A stretch of 63,898 bases of DNA, counting the filler, from Choristocarpus tenellus KU-1152 (lineage: Eukaryota > Protista > Phaeophyceae), in assembly GCA_964200185.2 (NCBI GenBank). It is 9 parts of 9 records of this genome, joined end to end, with 100 filler letters (N's around TTAATTAATTAA, not from the genome) between each part and the next. Parts side by side here need not be neighbours in the genome. Positions count along the whole stretch, not along the records: positions 21,890 to 27,908 come from CAXNAD020009155.1; positions 28,009 to 36,986 come from CAXNAD020004139.1; 7 more parts are not named here. The stretch is one strand, 5' to 3'. The notes beneath the pieces are model-generated. The model was not told where the DNA came from. It did no database searches and was given only the letters and a program-made list of their open reading frames with translations. Shown in pieces: positions 25,860 to 36,970 of the stretch (within the stretch, counting starts at the first letter, position 1; the number at the start of each line of letters is the position of its first letter). A program made the position numbers and the translations under genes.

Positions 25860-26330
25860 CATATTATATTATTATACCCTCTAACATTTTGGGATGTGTC
25901 AGGGGGGAAACCAATGAAAACGATACACATGTCAGTATAAGCCCTAACTAGTATAAACCCTAAGGAGATAAAATGTCATAAATGTGAAAAACACTATCAA
26001 TTTGTTACTTCACCACTATGTTGTACTACTCCCTTCCGGTCTCTCCAATCTACCTATACCTGTACCCCAGGGGGAGGAGCTAGGGAGGCATCCCAAGAAT
26101 CCAATAAACCCCTCCGTGCCCATCTCCCTGGTGATTGCAGCTTAAGATGCATGACATGTCTAGACAGTGCCACTTGCGTAGTTACCGAGACAATTTGGGG
26201 TAGCGAGGATTTAACCACTCCATTCCTGCTATATCCTCCCGTTCCTCTCGCCCCTACCATGTGAGTAGCCAGCTCATCCAGGAAGCATTCCGCTTGCTTG
26301 CCAAGGCGCCCAAAAATTTCCAACGCGAAG
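25860..26330 (-). mobile_element. 3' end of an RLE-type non-LTR retrotransposon (C-terminal endonuclease region, 3' UTR and AT-rich tail)
   Basis: The ORF EIFGRLGKQAECFLDELA...LPQIVSVTTQVALSR resembles the C-terminus of restriction-like-endonuclease LINEs. The downstream UTR is repeated at 53380-53776. Confidence 0.7.
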
Positions 26331-26972
26331 GTGTTGAGGTTATGATGTATATCTTACCGTATTTTATCAAAGGGAAGCCATAATCTGAGTTTTGTGATAG
26401 TGAGAATTCGCAGTTGTAGATAGATGTGTATATAAAGGCGAGTGCTGAACAGAGGAGAAGAAAAAGATTAGGAGGGTAGAAGGAAAGTTGAAGACTTGAT
26501 GAGTGAAAATATGATTGATGACTGAGAACCAGATGGTAAAATCGAGAAGTTGATGAGAAATGAGTGAGAGGAGAAGGAATGAGGTAAGGAGTGGGGCAGC
26601 ATAAAAGGTTAAAATCAAACGTGGAAGTAGGGCAGTTTAGGGGCATTGGGAGGGAAGTAGATTCGTGGACATTAGCTTCATCGGTTAGGAAGTAAATACA
26701 GGGAAATTGGCCTGGTTGGATGTGTGGAAATTGATCGCATTGGTTGGTTGGTGAGTGGATACGTAGAAATTGGCCAGGTCGGATTCGCAGGAATTGACCG
26801 CTATGGATAAGCGGAAATTGGCCACATAGTCGTGTGTAATAAGAATAGTGTTGGGGAAGGCGGTGTGGTATGGAAGAAGTGGTTCGACGTTGGTTGAGGA
26901 GGAGTAGAGAGGATGGAAGCCTAAGTCGAGGCTAACCAAATAATCCAGAATTCATCACCAAAGAAAAATTGA

Positions 26973-27234
26973 GAGTGAAAGTATCTTAGAGGGTATGAGT
27001 TTTGCCCTGTTTGTCCATTTGGGGCTTGGCTTCCCTCGGATTCTTTTATGACATTTTCCTACTCCAAAATATTTCGGAGTAGGTAAAATGTATACGTTAT
27101 GAAAAGTTGTGTTCGCAACAAGGATACTGACACTACTTCCTAAAAAACACGATAGCCAAAATTATATCAAAATCGCAACATTGGATTTTGGCCCTCAAAT
27201 GGACGCGACTCTACCCTCTAAGATACTTTGGCTC
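26973..27234. mobile_element. MITE family A copy 2 (opposite orientation)
   Basis: TIRs GAGTGAAAGTATCTTAGAGGGT ... ACCCTCTAAGATACTTTGGCTC with a 3-bp TSD TGA on both sides. It contains an internal hairpin CCTACTCC...GGAGTAGG. Confidence 0.9.
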
Positions 27235-28008
27235 TGACAGAAAATAGGAGGAGAAAAAACGTCTGCTTCAAGCTCTCAACACTCGTTCAGTCTGGGGGAA
27301 CTATATCATGTGAGAAAGAATGTGGATGATATTGAGGTTCTTTAGTATAGGTGTAACCGACGAAAATTCACAATTAGTAGGATATAATAGTCAAGCCGAT
27401 ACTTTTAACTTGAAATATCCGTTGGAGTAAGCGCTGTCACAATGACTATTTGCCTTGGTGGTGTGTTCATTTAGATGGACAATGCATGCTTGATACGGTT
27501 GGAGAATTAGTCATCACATAATAACCACTTTTGATGTGGGCAAATACTTCTACAAAATACTGCTACTTGTCATCATGGCAGATGAGAGTCGGGTGAGTGT
27601 GCTGAACAGTTGTACTCCGATTACTCGGCTACACAAGTAAAGGCAACAACAAAAGGTCAGAGGACGATATATAAGAAGGCGACGCAGTGGACAACCAGCA
27701 AGTTGATTGTGAAGTTGAGGTATTGCCTTTGGAATTTGTGACTAGCGCCAAAGGAACGTCACGACAAGTTTGGAAGCTCTTTCGTGGGTAGAGATTGGCA
27801 AAGGTCGAGCTGAGGAGAGCTAAATGCTTGTGCAGAAATGCGAGATCAAGGACTAAGGGTCAAAGTATCTGGGGGGGGGTGTCGGCGTCCGTTTTTCACC
27901 CTTTTTTCNNNNNNNNNNNNNNNNNNNNNNNNNNNNNNNNNNNNNNNNNNNNTTAATTAATTAANNNNNNNNNNNNNNNNNNNNNNNNNNNNNNNNNNNN
28001 NNNNNNNN

Positions 28009-28225
28009 GTGGCTGGTGGGTGGGGGGCGGGCCGGGGGGGGGGGGGGGGGTGGGGGGGGGGGGGGGGGGGGGGGGGTCTACACCAGAGTGTCCATTCGAA
28101 CCATGACCAGGAAAAGTGCACTTATATTATCCATCCGACGCATGGAACCAAATCGCCCAAAAATCGCGAGATGTAGAAATGGGTTTTAAAAGGACAGCTG
28201 CCACCACCCTCAGATACTTTGAGCC
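28009..28225. mobile_element. MITE family C (poly-G subterminal), near-complete copy; further termini at 13-46, 8769-8790, 13965-14011, 27857-27880, 47147-47167, 61350-61369, 63881-63898
   Basis: The recurrent terminus G(G/A)(C/G)(T/C)CAAAGTATCT(G)n or its reverse complement occurs 8 times. The subterminal GGGGTCTACACCAGA is shared by 28074 and the reverse complement of 13974-13988. Flanks are often TAA, AAA or TGA. Confidence 0.75.
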
Positions 28226-29360
28226 TCCATGGACTGTCATGTGGCTATGATCTGGAACCCTGCCATGCTCACTGCAGGGACTGACGAAAAGTCCTATTTT
28301 TTTTATTGTGTGACTGTTACCCAAATTTTGTTGAAAAGCTCTCGTCCAATAGGCCAACAGCAGTCGTCGAAATGCGAACAGTGCTGGAGTCCACCCAATA
28401 CCTCAAATATGTGGCGGAAGTCTCCAAATGACCATGAATAATAGCGCATCATATGAGATTGAACGTGCATTAAAACAGTGTTAGTTTTACTGGGCAAGGG
28501 GACGAACCAGTAAATAAGTGATTTGCCCGGAGTAAGTCCTGCGTGCAAGCTGGTTGTCATGACGTATTATTCCAAAAAGTAAAGACTCTTAGCAACCATT
28601 TTCAAATTGGCTTGCTTTTACAGACTGAGACACATTATCTCCAGTGCGTTTCATTCCCAGATCTTAACAGTCGTTGACAACCACACCTCAGTCTCTCCTT
28701 AAATCAAGGCAGCACCTGTCCGAAAATACTCCATAAATGCTGAAGAACCAGTGTATGGGGTATTTTATCATTAGCTAAGATAGTGAATATTGTGCTCAAG
28801 TCAATAACGAGATCCACGTGGGGGCACTGGGGGATGGTTGGAGGTGGCATTGGTTTTTGTTACTACGGGTGTGAATAGATGTGCGTGAAAATTTCGCAGC
28901 TGATGGATTAGCTATGGGTGGATGATGATGCTCATGCAGCTTGCCTTCTTTCGATTCTTCAAAGGGAGGAGATATGTGTGTGAGGGATCTCACCTGTTCA
29001 AGGCTAAGCAAAGAGCGAAAATCCTAAGTGAAAGCTGCTGCATTGTTGTAGAGCTCTCGAGGACAACAATCCCTTTCCTTCTACATACCTTTCGACAAGT
29101 ACCTTCCATTTGCTGTTGGGTTGTTTATGAGGTGGACATGATCGTGGTAGTGGCAGAACCTTCACACGGCCGGCGCATGGTTTCTAAAAAGTATTTTTTT
29201 ATTTTCTTTGGATTCTGTTCTTGATCTCTTTTTCAGATATCTATACCCTTTTCCAAGATAGTATTGATACCTCCTTGGATAATACCAAGTCCATTATCTA
29301 GTCCACTGTGACATACACAATTATTTCTCAGAATTGTTCAGTGATGGACAGTTCAACGTA

Positions 29361-29622
29361 GATTCAATGTAAACGAGAGGTATCCAGAGTTGTACCTTAA
29401 GGATGCTGACAAATATGTGCAAGAGATTCTGCATTTTTGTAGATGTGTGTATAGAATATTTTCTGAATTGTGTCAGAATTATTTCAAACTACAGAGAAAT
29501 ATACGCTGTCAGGTTAAACTTAGAACTTCATCCATAGAAATGCGGTTGAATTGCAAAGATTGCAAAACAGACTTGAAATGCGTACCAACCTAAACCTTAG
29601 TACCTCTCGTTTACTTTGGCTC
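29361..29622. mobile_element. MITE family B, full-length copy
   Basis: TIR GTAAACGAGAGGTA ... TACCTCTCGTTTAC, extending to TTTGGCTC. Flanks are GTA/ATA. The internal sequence matches the reverse complement of ~1850-2072 and ~51911-52068. Confidence 0.8.
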
Positions 29623-32013
29623 ATAACTTTTTCAACAGACAGCACCACGGATGTCAACTTTGTGGAGTCCGACAAAATGTCTGAGGCTGAGGCAGTTTCT
29701 AATGCCTTCTTTTGATGCTATCTTGAACATAGTTGCCTCCCCGCATCAAGTACAGACAAAATCATATTGTATCCAGAAGCTTACCCACCGTCTGTCTTCA
29801 CACTGCTCAGTACCTCTTTATCATGATGACTCACTCTCACTCTCCCAACCACCTATGTTTGCCACACACAACCAGTTTGTACTTCCCACTACAGAGCTGT
29901 AGACTCTCCTTCATGGAATAGACTGCTGTCCTGCACACCATCCCCCTAGGGGCGCATTGAGGACGGTCAATGGTTTCATATACCACTTGTTTTCAATTGT
30001 ACTTAAAGTTTAATCTTAACCACCACGTGAGATCAATCTGTACTGCTGTCCCCCTTCCCCTCACCACCCTATGAGCAGGACGTATCAGGGTAGCTAATCT
30101 CTTTGCCTTCTGGAGTGGATGAACACCGTCCAGAAGGAGATACTTGTGTTGCAGGTATAATGATGAGGTCTTGACAAACAGCGTTGCGACAGTAGTCCAG
30201 GACTTTAGCATCTTCTGCCTCATCCTCCAGGGCCACTAGAGAAGGGACATCGCTGCTGCTGTCCTGAGAAGCAGATATATGGAGCTGATTTGGAGAAACT
30301 GACAATTCTATGAGAGGGCAGATATTAATTGAAACCATACAAGAGTTTCAGCTGTATAGAGGACTCGCAGTTGAGACAGGTGGTGTAACAGGAATGGCAT
30401 TGATAGTGGTAGTTTATGTTTCGATTTGGTTGTGCACCACAGTCATGTATCTGTACGGAGGACTAACAGTCGAGCTTAGAAGCAGTGTTAGTAGATAAGT
30501 ATAGCTATCACACACTTTGGAGTAATGAGCAAGCTTCTTGAAAGATTAGTGTGATATGCATGTCCTATCCCAATAGGTTTGCATTAAGCTTACAGAAAGT
30601 AGATGGCGCAGAAAAGGTTATCACTCCAATATTGAAATCGGAGCATAGATCAGAAACAAAACAATAATATATTGTAGTAACAACTGAGCGTTGTCTGCAT
30701 TAGATGGTCAACCACATTAGACATGTCAAAGAGATTCGTGCACCAGTAGGTATAGTTTCTCATTCTCCCTAGTAGTGCACATTTGCAAGTATTGATTTAT
30801 TCGGAAAGTGGACACACTAAAAATAGTTTTCATTAGAGAGGGAGAGGGGAAATGCATTGTTGTGTGGTTGTCTTCTCTTTAGATGAAAACGTTATGAATC
30901 AGGGGTAAGGCTGGTAGTGATTATTGAGTGATTATTGCACACAGGAGCTCTAGTCCCCTGGTGATTTCTCCTTCGCCATCTTGAACGGACTGTGGACGCA
31001 TTGCCCTCCTGGATAATATACAACATGCTACCAGACTGTAAGCTACATCAATATTAATAGTGCATGTGATTGATATGGGCCCTAAATCTCAGATATTTTA
31101 ATAGTACTGCCGTGTTATTTCTTCTTGTTCACTCCATCGATTTCCTTTGTGCATTCCCCACCCTACCTCTTTGAAGAACCCGAATCTATACTTGTACATG
31201 TCCTCCTTGCCATACTTATGCGGGTTTGGCGAGGAAATCATAGTGAAAATCACTTCCTGGAAGAGTGATGTCCTTCGCATCATACCCCGTTCCTCCTTGA
31301 GCTATGCTCGAAGCAAGTGTATCAGGGTGTATGAACGTGCGCACGTACGTGCGTCATGAAAGTCAAGGCAGCAAGTAGGAAACGGAGTGAGTAATGCTGT
31401 GTATCATGGCTCAAAGGAACCAACACGTCCTAGAAAAATATTCCTGTACAAATTCAAAGTATATCTATGAGTCACCCTGTCAAAAGCTTCACCTCGATCT
31501 CCCTTCGGACTTTTCGAAAAGTTGTGTCTTCATCCACCTTTATGGTGCTCAAACGTGCTGTCATCCCCCCCGGTTCATTGTTGATGAGGAAGGAGTGCCC
31601 ATTAAATACGCTCCTCCTGTCGTTAAATGGAAGGCTTTCATGTTATCTGCCCTACACAACAACGTTCAAATCGACTCCCACAATTCAGAGTAGACAAGCT
31701 AATGAATTACCATTTATTCATTCTTTGTCGAGTTCTAGTAAGACTAACTCAACAGGGTGTTACCTATATGGTGTAATACCCCGGTTTGAATGTCGGAGAA
31801 GAAAGAGGAGATTGACCCATACCTATGCGTGAAGATACGGACGTGCAATATCGGCATGGTGAGTTAAGGTATAGTCCGAAAATCAAATGTGACAGTTTAA
31901 GCCACAATTATTAATATATAGTTCACAACAAATAGAAAGACCGAATTTCGGGACTCAACGCGAAACCGTCAAACCATTGAATCCGCGACGCGCGCGACAC
32001 TCACACAAATTTC

Positions 32014-32280
32014 GTGATACTGATGAACAATGTTCGCTTGCCTAAGAGCTTGATGCTTGGGGAACCTGCACTTGAGAATTCGAAGATGACGATTGGAGGG
32101 CTAGAGAAAAACTGGTGGTGGTGCTTCCAAGATCACCTTGTTGAGTGTTGTAGGATCCCAGCTGAAAAGGGAGTTTTACTCGCTAAACATACAACAGGTA
32201 GATGTTACAGTGTATGGATACTGGAGACAAACACTTGGCGGCCATCTGGCACACTAATGAGGCTGATGCAACCACCTTAG
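32014..32280 (+). mobile_element. RTE-clade LINE 3' fragment (decayed)
   Basis: MNNVRLPKSLMLGE...GGLEKNWWWCFQDHL is the same motif as 1490-1800. Confidence 0.65.
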
Positions 32281-33486
32281 TCACCTGACGCAGGTGACAG
32301 TGCATACTGAACTTTTGATTGGGGATGGTGTGTGGCCTATCAATGGTATGATACCCTCCTGTCACTGGTGATGATATGTTGGTGTAAACCGTTGGTATTT
32401 ATACTAATAATAATATTGTGGAATTGTATCTATTTATTGTCGCAAAGAGAGTGAATTAATGCGTCGTCCCCGTCCTGGACTTACGACTTTAGAACTGATC
32501 GGTGGTTCCAAAGCGCTCAATGAAATCCGAAATACAATGTTGTCTGGTCGTTTTACCGTAAATTACTTTTTCAACTTTCTTTATCTCCCCTATGATAAAC
32601 ATCTGATCTATGGGTGAAGTTGGTGGGCATAAAATAATATACTAGGAAGTAGAGTAGCACACTAACTACACAACAATCATACTAAAGGCATATCCATCCA
32701 CGCAACATTGAGCTCACATCCAGCTTACTGCTAGTGAGATGTGTGCAACACAAACAGCAAAACGGTTGCACTCCAAGGCATAGAAAAGAGTAGGAGCGTA
32801 TATTTCCCTGTATTTTCTAGCAACAAAAAAAAAATAGGTTCTGCACACGGGAAAACACATGGACCCGTGTGTTCTAATACTGAAACATAGTATGGTGCTA
32901 GGAAGAATGAGGTGCAATCAACATTATTGGAACAACAGTCCACATCTAGCTTGAAGAGGGGGTGTGTCTTGGCATTTTATACTGCAGTATGCCGTACTTA
33001 ATTAAGACAAACAAAATCAACCTGTGGCATTACAAAACTCCTCCTGGGCAGTACAGATGAACAGATTCGATAAACATAGTCCTGTTGCTATGTACTACAA
33101 CTAGCTGCACAAGCAACTAAATCGTAAGACCACTCACCATAACAAAAAGTTTACGTTATGACCAGACAATTCTAGGGAAACTGGGGCTAGCATAGCAAGT
33201 GAATTATGATGATTTGGAGAGGTTCCGGACATCAATAGTACAACCAACCCTTATCTGGTTGCCTTGACGCTTCCAAAATGCGATATCTAATATATATATT
33301 GTGTGTGGTGTGAGATTCAGGATTTGCCTAGTAAGATATAATCAAGCGGAGATCGAGTATGAAAAATCTACACAACTCAGGATCACTCATACACAGACAC
33401 GGTCTCTCTGTTCTGCATCAGCGTGAATCTCTTTTCCCTCATATCATCCAGGCCAACTTTTCAAATTGATCCAGAACAGAGGAACA

Positions 33487-33519
<33 letters not shown>

Positions 33520-34001
33520 TTATGCCTATCTGTAATTACTTATCTACAGATCCCTACTTAGCTTGCAATTCAGAGTGGATGTGAAACAAAAACATTTGAC
33601 AGTACAACTTCAACTTCAACATAGGAAGAAATATAAAAAATAAACAGGAAGTCTTACACAGCAGAACATGAACTTGGCACGAAAAAAAATAGTGTAATTA
33701 TCCCGTAAACAATGAAACAATCCACCCTTTCCGGTGCTACTACTGCCTTATCAGTGCACTTGGATGGTGCATAGAGAGCTTTACTTGCAAAGCTATAGTG
33801 CTGCAGGAACAACTCTGTAAATTCGAATATAAATGTGGTCATCCACTGACTTGAGGTATTGGTCACCACACACAGTTCTCTCCCTTCCGAAAGGAACTGT
33901 TTCAGACATGCAAACTGCCCAACTTCAGTTGTGTTCTTACATACTTAATACCCTTGTGCCGTATATTCCCTTCTAACATGTGCATCTCAGTGTCACTTCA
34001 G

Positions 34002-36970
34002 TCATTGAGCAGTCAACGGCTCTTTAGTATCCTTTATGTCCATTTGAAATGACCCATCTGTTTGTTGCATCGCACTATCAACCTTACTAACTTGATCCAA
34101 CCCATCTGGTGGGGTATTGCCATTCCCTATTGTTGACAATACCAAAGCGGTAATCACCAAACAGGCACCCAGTGCTTGGGTTGTTCTAAACGTCTCCTGC
34201 AGAGGACACAGGGAAGACAGATCAACACAAGGGGGATGGTCAATGCATGAGGTGTACTGCCCAAGGAGTTCTATGGCATCACACACAAAAAACAGTCTAA
34301 TCTACACAAGACAACTTTTCCAGTACTCGCAAAGTGAGCTCGTAGGCATAAATTTACTGAAAAAAACTATGGTCATGGCTCAAAGACATAACGCAGACGA
34401 CAATGTTGGCTCTTAAGAGCTACTCTTCACGAGGATCTGCAGACATTCACGGCTCATGGTTGGGGCTAGTAGAGGGAAGAGCAAAGGGGAGGAAGGAGAC
34501 GGACTATCGTTGGGAGGAAAAGAGGCATGGTCATAGAGCCAGCGCACACATAGAACTCCCCCCTCACCTTAAGCAAAACAACTGCAAAGAGGGTTGACCA
34601 CAATGGTTGAATAGAGTACACCAAGTTTGCCTGCATGTGTCATACGGCAGGTGGAGCATACATACACGTATGGGTCAGGAGTTGGTATGTATGAACAATA
34701 ACAGCTAAGTTGCCAAGGGAGGTTCCACACAATGCACACATAAAAGTTAGACCAGATACTCTACAGACATGATGTACAACAAGTATCCTTTTTGCACTGT
34801 GCAGGGAAAAAAATATTACCTTGAACTAGTCAATCAGGTGAATAAAAAAATCGTTCACAGCAATGGATTAGTTGCTGCTATATTAGGTGCCATAACTTCA
34901 TCTCCTAGATACGGTTAGGGTTAGGGTTAGGAAGGTGATGGTTTCAGTTGTACCAAATGAGGACTTGGAGAAAGAAAAAAAGCTGCACTACTATCCGATA
35001 CCCCCCCCCCAAAAAAAAAACACACACACACCAAATAGATCTCACAACTAGTCACACCTCTCAATGTTGAATAGCATATTGTAGTACACCATAGATAACC
35101 TATGTCAACAGGAAAACAAGCAATGAGGCAGTGGCGAACTGACCACTACAGAGCATTACAGAGCAGCCTCACACTGCAACAGAGCATGACCAAGTCAATC
35201 AACCAGCATCTACAGCAGTGCTGCACAGAAGACTCACACCACTGGGCAACACTAGAAATACCCCTTTCTCTTTCCTACCAGCTGAAGTAAAAACACTCAA
35301 CCTATGTCGTTGAGCTATCCAATAACCCTAACCCCATTTTTCTCTTCATTCCAATTAACCCAACCCTAACCCTAAACAAACAATGAAACAGGCTCACAAC
35401 TCCACCCAATAGCAGCATTCAATCCGGTCAGAGGATCATCCGCCATCACTCTACTCACCTCACTGGGAGCGACCACTGCCTGCCCCCGTGTTTGTGCCCA
35501 CATGGCATACGCTGAAGTTACCACCCCATTCCAAACAGCTACCAACCCAACCACCAACAACACCTCTGGCCTGGAACACAGTATGGCTCCAAACCTAACC
35601 CGAAATACAAGCATACCGTTGCATCCACAAGGGTGTTACCTCAGTGTCTATTTGCAATGGAGTGCGCGCATGTGTGTCTGACGGTAATGAACCAGCTGGC
35701 GCCGCTCAAAACCATGTTACACATTAGATAGGATGCGACTCTGACCACAGCAGGGTGCACTACCTCTACAAGTACCTTATTAATGTACTTTGTACAACAC
35801 ACACACAAGACTAGAAAAAGAACCATGTCAAGTACGGTCACTAGTGGAGCAATAAAAGATCAAATCTATGCAGTTTGAGAGCTCTGCACACAGTTCACAC
35901 AAACAATACCATTCCAGATTGTCTCCTATTGAATCACTATTTCTTGTGTTGTGCCAGCCTCTAAGAGTACAACAACGAGCCACTCCACTCCCAATTCAAA
36001 TGGCACCAAAGTCTCTGCCATTTGCCACTGAACTAAATAATGCACCTTCGGTTACACCGAGTATACCAAGGAGTTGCAACACAAGATGCATCAAAACAAA
36101 CCCTAACATTATCCCTAATTCTACACGCCTACTTCACCACGCATTCCAACAAATACATGTAACTGTCACTTGGTTCACTCCACACAGCGCCATAAAGCCA
36201 CAGCAGCAGCAACACTCCATCCACCATTTCAACAAAAAACCCTTCCGCATCCCATGCCCACCTCGACCCATTCTATCCATCATACCAATAACACAAGACC
36301 ATTAGTACTACTCACCTCAAGAAACGCTCTCCCTGCCCCCCAGCAAAGGCAGCCACAACTACGGCCATGAACGTATACCCCAGCTCAAACCACGCCTTGG
36401 ACTTGGCCAACGCCAATGTCTCCACTCGAGAGACATGAACACCTACTTCAGAACCAAGGTAGTCATAGGTCATCCTCCATTCAGAACCAAGGTACCCTTT
36501 CCCCCATTAATGTACTGAGTACATGGTGTAGAGTGTGTGCAAGAGGAGATGCTAAAACAAGAGCTACAATTACGTGGGTGTAAAAGAAGGCGTCCATAAC
36601 TTAGTTGGCATGGGTCATAGGTGCAGAGACTCTTGATCACCACATTGTGGCACCAATCGTTCCACCTCGAAGATTCACACAGACCTTGACTTAATACTAA
36701 TAACCTGGTAATTTAGTACTTGACACAAAGTGTGCTCATCTTGCGACACAGTCTGTTTCGGCTCTGGGGCGCTCCATGGCATCAAGAAGATACTCTGAAG
36801 TATGACTGTTGAGTCTGCTCTCACCTAATCGGACAACATGCATCGAGTAGAAGAATGCAGAGGCTGCAACTAGAAGATCTCCCATAATGTTTCCTTGCAT
36901 GGAGGCCTTCCAAAGGGAAGACCACGCCAGGTTATCCCCCCCCCCAGACAACAAGCCTGCAGAAGCAATG
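34002..36970 (-). CDS. EamA / drug-metabolite transporter (DMT) family membrane protein, 3' part
   Basis: Exons ~36970-36825 (GDLLVAASAFFYSMHVVRL), 36442-36316, 35570-35459 (WNGVVTSAYAMWAQTRGQAVVAPSE), 34630-34568 (ANLVYSIQPLWSTLFAVVLLK) and 34196-34002 (ETF...ALGACLVITALVL, stop). This is a typical second EamA repeat. The 5' end runs into the gap at 36987; an acidic/Gly-rich exon at ~37087-37230 may belong to this gene. Confidence 0.85.

Noticed and set aside
28009-28077. ~70-bp poly-G tract as a G-quadruplex element
   Set aside because: It lies at a contig edge where homopolymer length and sequence are unreliable. It is treated as part of MITE family C.
27400-28800. Possible MULE/FAR1-like remnants (CHHGR...; also 52466-53023)
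   Set aside because: Only vague motif resemblance, many stops and no catalytic motif recognised.
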